Source: Chrysomallon squamiferum
Taxonomy: Eukaryota > Animalia > Mollusca
Length of the DNA: 64,000 nucleotides
Assembly (NCBI GenBank): GCA_012295275.1
Contig: CM022675.1
Location: forward strand, 10,230,001 to 10,294,000
Direction of reading: 5' to 3'
Below the pieces are notes generated by a model. It ran no database searches, was not told the origin of the DNA, and saw nothing but the letters and a program-made list of their open reading frames with translations. Shown in pieces: positions 55,346 to 64,000 of the stretch. A program made the position numbers and the translations under genes. Position 1 is the first letter of the stretch. Each line of letters starts with the position of its first letter.

Positions 55346-56190
55346 TAATGAGAAATTATTACTATAATCATCAGAGCTATCATCTTGTGATGTAACTACA
55401 TCACAAACACTGTCCTCGTATAATGAGAAATTATTACTATAATCATCAGAGCTATCATCTTGTGATGTAACTACATCACAAACACTGTCCTTGTATAATG
55501 AGAAATTATTACTATAATCATCAGAGCTATCATCTTGTGATGTAACTACATCACAAACACTGTCCTCGTATAATGAGAAATTATTACTATAATCATCACA
55601 GCTATCATCTTGTGATGTAACTACATCACAAACACTGTCCTCGTATAATGAGAAATTATTATTATAATCATCACAGCTATCATCTTGTGATGTAACTACA
55701 TCACAAACACTGTCCTTGTATAATGAGAAAAATTAATACTATAATCATCACAAACAGCTATCATCTTGTGATGTAACTATCATCATGTAACTACATCACA
55801 AACACTGTCCTTGTATAATGAGAAATTATTACTATAATCATCAGAGCTATCATCTTGTGATGTAACTACATCACAAACACTGTCCTTGTATAATGAGAAA
55901 TTATTACTATAATCATCAGAGCTATCATCTTGTGATGTAACTACATCACAAACACTGTCCTCGTATAATGAGAAATTATTACTATAATCATCAGAGCTAT
56001 CATCTTGTGATGTAACTACATCACAAACACTGTCCTCGTATAATGAGAAATTATTACTATAATCATCACAGCTATCATCTTGTGATGTAACTACATCACA
56101 AACACTGTCCTCGTATAATGAGAAATGATTATTATAATCATCACAGCTATCATCTTGTGATGTAACTACATCACAAACACTGTCCTTGTA
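55346..56190. repeat. 75-bp tandem repeat, ~11 copies, each with a 10-bp perfect inverted repeat
   Basis: taatgagaaa at 55346, 55421 and onward; each unit contains TTGTGATGTA-AC-TACATCACAA. Confidence 0.95.
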
Positions 56191-56357
56191 TGCTTGCTCC
56201 TCCTCACAAGGCTGATCTTCATCTGACCTATCAGTCTGAAATGTTTTGTTATAGTATTGTTAAAAAATAACACAAAAACAAAACAGGATCTGACAAAACA
56301 TATCTTCCATCACAACAAAGTATATGAACACTTATCTTACATAACAGCAACAAATAC

Positions 56358-56406
<49 letters not shown>

Positions 56407-57722
56407 ATGTTAAATATAAATACCTGAAGTGTGTCATAAATTCCAACAGTCCAGCTGTGGAAAAGGCATTTCATGAAATGATTGATACTTTCCACTGATA
56501 CAATCCACTTAACATGAGAATTGCTACAACTTATTATATTATAAAATATAAAATAGAAATTATTGAGAACCTATACACACAAAGTTTAATTAATTACTGA
56601 CACATGTAAGTACATAAATACAAAGAACATTAACTATACAAATTACTATGTCAAAGAATTTCAAGATTCTAACCTAAAATAAATTAGAAAAAATATATAT
56701 ATATAAAATAATAATAACACACATATTCCTTGTAAAAACTTGCCTTATGAGATACTTCATCTACAACAGATTTCATATGCAGTAGCTGTCTATCACTTTC
56801 AACATACCTAAAAAGAGGACAGATTTGGATACTGCAATATCAAACTAATGTTATGTAACAATTATTTCTTTTGTAATCCTTCACTTAGTAAATAATAATC
56901 TACTCTTTACTGTGGACTATACCACACCTATTGATTTATATGAAAGCATTTAGTTCTATAAAATAAATATGAATGTTGTCAATGACGACTTACAGTAAAA
57001 CCCCTAGTAAAACCCCACCTGCCCTTAAACTGTCTGCAAAACGAAGGTTAATGTTTCAAACAACAGCTTATAGTAACACCTTAAATAAAACATCCTACTG
57101 CCCTTAAATTTTGTTTTGTGATGCAAATGTCTGTGCATTTTGTAAATCCAGTCTTATTATGGTTTAGACTACAATGAATGAATGATATTTTTGTTGTCTT
57201 TTTCTTAATTGAAATCTAACCGGGCTGATCCGCGTTGATCCAAATCTTTAAGTCTCAGGGTCTCCGAAGAAAGATGAAATGTCTTGAAATTCTTTTAAGC
57301 TGTTATTTTTATTTTATTATTATTTTTTTTTTAAAGTTCTGTGAGCCATAATCTTTTACAGATCCTCTGTATTTCCGTACCACAATTAAAGTTTTCGAAA
57401 GGCGTTGAATATCCGGATATAATGCTTATTGTGCATGAGGGTTATTTCCCCTTGTCGTTTATTTACATTGATTTCGTCCCTGGAGCAAGAGCATCTGAGC
57501 CAAAGATAGGTTTCTGAAATATTATCCATGGTAAAGAAATAACGATATAAGCGATTATTTTTAAGAATTTATGGACGAAAAAAAATCTTCTTAGTTTATT
57601 TGAAATCCTTTCTTTTCAGAAGAAAATAAAATCTAGGTTTCACTATTCTAATGATTATTTCGTAGAATAAAACGTAAACGGTAATCCTAGAGGAAACTAG
57701 GTAAACTGTAGAATGACAGTAC

Positions 57723-57759
<37 letters not shown>

Positions 57760-58127
57760 GAGAGAGAAATGTGACGAAAATGCATTTGTGTGTGTGTGTG
57801 TGTACAGTTAACAGTCTGTTTTGAATTTCTCACTATATCTTTTTTCAATTATATCCCCAAGAAACTTGTTTTCTTAGAAAAACCAAACAAAATGTAACCA
57901 TTTGAATGAAAAGTTTAATTCATAAGATAGCATCGTAAATATAAATTTCTTATTAGTTAATAGCAATGAAATGAATGAATGAATGAATGAATGAAGAATC
58001 TAGCATCAAGGGGGATAATTCTTATATATATATTTATTATGAAGGGCATAAATTAGCTGTTGTGAAAATATATATGTTCAATAAATTAGTTTTCTGTTTT
58101 CAAGAGAGCTGGATTTGGCATTCTTTG

Positions 58128-58212
58128 CACTGATATAATAATGACTATGGTATGTACTCTCCTGTATGTGGGATGGTACATATCAATGATCTTTAGCTGC
58201 TAACTGAATAGT
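58128..58212 (+). mobile_element. MetaSINE-like central-domain remnant
   Basis: ggtatgtactctcctgtatgtgggatggtacatatcaatgatctttagctgctaa resembles, from recall, the GGTATGT.CTATCCTGTCTGTGGGATGGTGCATATAAAAGATCCCTTGCTGCTAA domain of molluscan SINEs. Confidence 0.5.
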
Positions 58213-58601
58213 CTGTATGTTCTTATCTGCATGGATGTGTACATTTGTGTTTGTACATATAACTTCATTCATAGGACCAGACAGCAGTTATATATATATA
58301 TAACTGCTGTCTGGACACTGGCTTGAAAAATAACAGACAGCTGGTTCAAGCCTCATCATTTGTAGCTCAATGATTTGAGTTACTGTTCAGTGATCAAGTC
58401 TTTATGCATACTCCAACCTTGTGAAGAATACCTAAAATTTTACATTCAATAAAAAATTAACTGATTTTTTCTGATCTTGTCATGAAACAATTTAAATCTG
58501 AGTAGTAAGAGTAAGAAATATTTCAAACCTTAAAATTGATTTTAAAAACTGTGTTGTACTTGTTTGTTTTTTGTTTTTTTTTGTCGTTGTTTTACAATAT
58601 A

Positions 58602-59300
58602 CAGGGTTGCCCAGATGTAACCATTATTTGTAATACAGTGATGACATCGTTCAATGGTTGATTCAGTTACTTTTTGTTTGAGCCTGGAGTTCCCGCGGAC
58701 GATATGGGTGCAAGCCAATATCTGACGTGATGCGTTGTAAAGACGATCGTGATATGCCCAGCTCTGCAGAAGCACGTCTCTGGGATTTGCGAGGCTGTTG
58801 ACGTATGATGATGCTACTAATTCCTGGTTGGCAGTTGTTCTCATTGTTCTTGGTGCACCAGGTTTATACGCGTCGGCGACGTTGTCAGTTCGTTTGAATT
58901 TTTGTACCAATTCGTAGATTGACGATTTTGATGGAGGTGGTGTATCAAACGATTCATTCCAATGATCAATAACATTTTTATAACTCCTCTCCGACAAATA
59001 ATAACTTTTAACAGCATGAATACGTTCTTCCAATTTTAAAGTGCGTCGTGTGTTGGCCATGTCTGTTAAATGACAAAAATGATAAAACGAAGACTATCAA
59101 AGAAGAAGGTTTCCGTCCTCTCTTAAATAGGCTTTGCAACACTTTCAGTGGTGATGACGAAACCGGTTAACACAGCCATGCACGTGAAGTCTCTTTACCA
59201 GTTCTCCCTGATATCGATCGCTTCGGTACTTCGTGAAGCAGACTTGAAATCAGTGATCATCGATTGAGCTTTCGGGTTCGGTTACATCTGGGCCATCCTG
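58602..59300 (-). mobile_element. Internally deleted Tc1/mariner (IS630-Tc1-mariner, DUF4817-type HTH) element, 699 bp, TA target duplication
   Basis: TIRs cagggttgcccagatgtaacc (58602-58622) and ggttacatctgggccatcctg (59280-59300) match at 19/21, with TA on both flanks. ORF from 59060: ERIHAVKSYY..PPSKSSIYELVQKFKRT..GAPRT, frameshift into SPRKSQRRASAELGISRSSLQRI..LHPYRP, then a jump to the C-terminal ERCHHCITNNG. The DDE/D domain is missing. Confidence 0.9.
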
Positions 59301-60954
59301 TATATATATATATCTATCTATATATATATATATTTGAAGTTTAGAAATGATTGTTTTCACATGAACTTAACCTGAGTCAATACAAATATTTTACTTCAAC
59401 TGTTTTTGCTTTGTTTGATTATTTTGTAGAATTAAGAAATTCATATAAGTTCGTTTTGTCATTTGTTCTTAGATTTTTCAAAATACTTTCTTTCAATTCA
59501 GGTTTAATCTGCATTTTTAAAGCTAGTTTAAATTTAAATACGCTAATGAAGTGTTATTTAAATATGTAATGAAATACGCTAATTTTAATATGCTGACAAG
59601 AAAATCATAGTTTATAATAAAATTTAAACTTTACAATATAAATATGCCAACAGGAAAATGTTAATTTAAATATGCCAGTTAAAAGATGCCTGTTTAAATA
59701 TGCTAATATAAAAATATTTTTATTCATTTAAATTCTTGTATATATCTAGAAATGTTGAGCTTAAAATAATCATTTTTAGAAATTTATGGATTAAAACAGG
59801 AAGTTTAAGGTTAGGAACATCAACAAACTAACATACTAAGTCTGATACTAAACTTGAAATTACTCTGTGTTTTCTACATTTCTCTTCACAGCTGTGTCTA
59901 CATTTTATCTTTTACATGAAGCAGTGAATGAATGAGGCGGGTAGAGTGAATGGATGAGTGAATTAATAAATATCTGTATAATTGTCAAACCTGATTTCTA
60001 TTTATTTATTTATTTTTATTTTTATTTAATGTTGTTAAAAATTAATTATAATGAAAATAAATTTGCTGGTACAGGGCTTGTTTTGTTTCTTTTTTGTTTT
60101 TTTAACAATTTTAGTTTGTTACTCACTGATTTTCAATGTTAAACATTCTCTTAAGTACTGAATACAAAATTATTAACTAGTATAAAATGATATTATAATG
60201 CCTAGTAAATACTAAATTTGGGTTATTGTACCAAAACTATATAAATAAATATTCCTCACCCTGTAATTTAATAAAGCTTGCTAAAAAAAATAGGTGATAA
60301 AAACAAAAAACAAAATAATTTGAAATATTTATTTCAACAAGAAAACAACAAAGTTTATCACATAATTTTAGAAAAACTTTGCCAAAATAAGTAATTATAA
60401 ATTTAGAAAAGCATGATATAAAATGTTTCAAATTAAAAAGTATTTAAAATATATCTTAAGGTTCTAAAGATTTGTGCTATAAACACAAAAATGCCATGAT
60501 TTCTGATTTGTCAATAAAAGTTTATGATAAAATATACAACATAAAATGAAAAACAAGACATTTGTTTACAAAAACTATAAAACTTAATAAATAATTTGAC
60601 AGATAATGTAACCTGAAATTAGTAATTAAGAACATTTTTAATTTCTGATTTTAATCTTCCAAACAAATATATGGCATATATAGGTTTACACAACTGACTC
60701 CATTTTATGATTTAACAAACTTTTATAGGGTAAATCTTTACCAGAACTCTTGGTATTCTGTTATTTTGTGCTTTGGTTACATGATTAAGTACATTATTTT
60801 TTTTTTTAAATTAAAAATACAAAAATACAAAAAAAAAAATTATCTCCCTTGAACCAAACATTTTTAATCCGAAGTGTGTAGTTTTTTTTAAAGCAGTAAT
60901 CAAGGATTTCTAACATTAAATGATAATTACAAAATAATTTCTTTTTTTCACAGA

Positions 60955-63448
60955 CTTGACTGTACTTGGTGCTGTGTCTGGTACAAACATTCTGTGTACA
61001 TCTGATTTCATCAACAACACTGTGACTGAGTCTAAAACCATGTCACATTACACATTCTTCAGTAAGAACAGTCCATGATTCACACTAGTAATGTTTTTAA
61101 AATGTTAGTTTGGTGTGGAACTTTCTAAACTCAGTTTTCTCCAGTTATTCAGTTTTTCATGTTTACTGTGGAGATGTTTTATCTTCTGTTTACTTAGTTC
61201 AGTACAGAAAACTTGACAAGTCATTTAGACTCAGTGGACATCAGTTCTTGTAAATAGCTTTCTATGGTGTCTGAAAAGTAAAATATTACATTTTTTTAAC
61301 AACAACTGCTACAATTTTATATTTTTTCATTTGAATCTGAAGTAATATATTCAACCAATAACAAATACAGTTAATTTAACTGAAATGAAATAAAGTTTAA
61401 GTTTATTTATTTAAGCATTTCTTGTTGCACTGTAATTTCGACTGTCTGGGGAAATGTGTGTTTAATACTAGTCTGAATAAATCAACTCAGAACTTTGAGT
61501 AATTTAAAAACATATATATGTATATATTCTTTTTTTAAAGAGAAACATCCATTTTTCTTTTAATAAATAAGTAACTTAGTATCTTTTATAAAAATTGATA
61601 ACAAGTAAGATCAATAATTTTATCGGCTACTTGTTAAAGATAGATTTTTCTAAAGTAGATTTCTTTTCTTCCAATTGCTATATCAATGTCATCTATAGAG
61701 TCATTATTTAAAAGAAGAAAATTATACATAATGATAATAATATTAAAAATATTCTCATATGACATTAAATGATTTACATTTTACAGTTTATAAAATCTAG
61801 TTGTAAACCGAATTACCTGTCCATTATACTCAGCATCTGATTTCAAAACACTTGAACTCATCTGAGTGTCTCAGTTTGTACAAATTTATTTGAACATCAA
61901 CAACTGGAGAAGTGATTGTTCTTCACTGAGTTGTACTACAAGCCTGGTCAAGTGGTCATCCTTGGCCTGATAGAACTTTGTTCTGGTCAGCAAGGGCTTG
62001 TTTGTCCTGTAAAAGTAATAAACAAAACTTTTCACTGATAACCCTAATAAACAAAAATAATTTACTAAAAAAATATAACATTTATCACTGGAAATGATAG
62101 CAAATATTTATTTAAAAGTTACTTAAAATATTAAAATTACAAATTATTTAGTCAGAATAAATACATTTTACATAATTTAAATATTACATTTTACATCATA
62201 ATTAAGTTATCTCTTGAAAATGATCTGCTAGTCTGTTATTTTGTAAAAAATACAGAAGTTTACAATTTTTGGGGTTCATAATAATCAACAAAAATGCCAA
62301 GCTGCGTGTTTTTCAGTTTTGTGGTAAACTTGTCAAACATTGTAATTAACATTGTCAAGTTGTATATAAAATAGAAGTCAATAATATCCATGTTTTAAAT
62401 AAATACAAATAAATACAAGTTGTATATTAAAATAGAAGTCAATAACATCATGTTTTAAATAAATACAAACTGATAAAGAATTGTCTACTTGCATATTAAA
62501 ATACAAGTCAATAACATCATGTTTTAAATAAATACAAATTGATATAGAATTGTCTAGTTGCATATTAAAATACAAGTCAATAACATCATGTTTTAAAAAC
62601 AAACTGAATTTCTTGGCAACAAACATATTACTTATGGGTATTTCAATAAAATCAAAACAGGAAAGAATTTCAAAGTTGAAGTTACAAAATCAAAAACAGT
62701 TCAAAACAACTTACTTCAAATTTACCATGACAAAACTTTGGCCAATCCATGATGCACACCAGCCCAGTGAACATTCTGCAATGAGCTTTGTCTGACTGTG
62801 CACAGTAAAAACCTCTGAGAAAAACAAAAATCTCAAAGTAAGGGAAGTAAAAACATTATAAAACTGATATAAAAAAAAAAACAAAGAAAAACTATATTTA
62901 AAAACATATTGGATAATATGCAAAATTAACAATTTAATTCACATCCAAAAATGTTAATTGTTAACTCAAAAATAAATATTAATTCCTATCAATAATTATT
63001 AAATTAATAAACATAAAAATTGAAATTTATGAGAGTAATAAAAAAGGCTTACACTGTATTCATAAATACTAATTCTGTATTGAATACAGTTAAATGTTAG
63101 CATTCTCATTTTACATGTGTCAATTTTAAATATCATTTTGTATTCATAATCACTTACCTCAAACAATGGAAATCAAATACAAATATGAATATTCATGATT
63201 AAGTAATGAATATTAATGTTATGAAAATGGGTACAGGCCAGGACTTACAGGGTCTGGAGATTCACAAACTGCTGATGTCTGCCTGGTCTGTTCACCTCTC
63301 ACTCGATTCATCATCATCATCAACATCAGCTCCAGTGTTGACAGCCAATAACTGTAACCATTCTGTGATGCTGTGCTGCACACATTGTTGATGTTGCAGA
63401 ACATAAAAACATGATTGTAAATCTTTTCAAACAGCTGACAGCAGTACC
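60955..63448 (-). pseudogene. Possible decayed multi-exon gene of unknown identity (~63447-63249, ~62814-62716, ~62007-61818, ~61270-60955)
   Basis: Four higher-GC islands on the minus strand; all start at polypyrimidine-cag acceptors and the first three end at gtaagt/gtaatt donors. Most frames contain stops and no domain was recognised. Confidence 0.35.
62355..62600. repeat. ~69-bp tandem repeat, 3-4 copies
   Basis: aagtcaataacatcatgttttaaataaatacaaa recurs; 23-aa periodicity. Confidence 0.85.
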
Positions 63449-64000
63449 TGCAGTGTAATTTTAATTTTTTATTGTTAATTAGAATTCTCTTTCGGTGTTT
63501 TTGTAAAACCTAAACCATCTTCTCATTCAATAATTTTTTATCTTGAGAAAAGCTAAAATTATAAATAAGTTTGAGATTGAAATGAATTTAAAGAAAAATA
63601 GATTTTAGTTTATTTATTTAGTATATCCTAAAAAGTCGATGCCTTTATTCCAATTTTCAGTTTTGATAACATTAGAACATGAAACTAAATCATAAGTTCA
63701 ATAACTTAAGACAGCGCAATAGAAAGAAAAAATATTTCATTCAGTCAACTACAGAAATCCTGTCCATGTTCTCTAAAGAAACCCATCACAAAAACAAGTG
63801 AGTAGTCACCTTCATCTTGTATGTTCCTGCAGTTTTCTACTCTACACACCTAGAAACAAGAAACCAAGATATGGATTACCAGAAACACCAGGAGACCAGG
63901 AACAGAATCATTACCATGAAGTCCTTGAACACTGGGTGCAACAGGATCTCCATGGATACCAAGTTCTCCAAGATAACCAGCTTCACCTTTTCTACCTGAT

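Noticed and set aside
55346-56190. CRISPR-like array of palindromic repeats
   Set aside because: No unique spacers, no cas genes, eukaryotic context.
63817-63999. Weak LRR-like phrase MKSLNTGCNRIS
   Set aside because: A single degenerate motif at the window edge is insufficient.

Overview
AT-rich, repeat-dense animal genomic DNA with spliceosomal GT-AG introns. It is probably molluscan (inferred from the innexin, a Frizzled-9/10-type gene and a MetaSINE-like fragment). No prokaryotic features, rRNA, tRNA or CRISPR were found. Two near-complete genes face each other: an intronless, divergent Frizzled-9/10-like receptor (17419-18978, +) that stops right after TM7 and lacks the KTxxxW motif, and an innexin (26610-24688, -) with a 5-nt first coding exon and one frameshift. 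The region from about 28 to 38 kb is a patchwork of orphan fragments: a hAT/Buster transposase C-terminus, two EGFR domain-II exons, ankyrin-like exons, a Topors-like RING, an RNase H-bearing LINE and an LRR pseudogene. Several of these end at, or contain, short tandem amplifications. Other elements are Gypsy remnants, an L2/CR1-like remnant, an internally deleted Tc1/mariner element with TIRs, a ~3.2-kb 99-bp satellite, a ~9.6-kb 25-bp satellite and more than ten local minisatellites. All family calls come from motif recognition by eye; no database searches were run.
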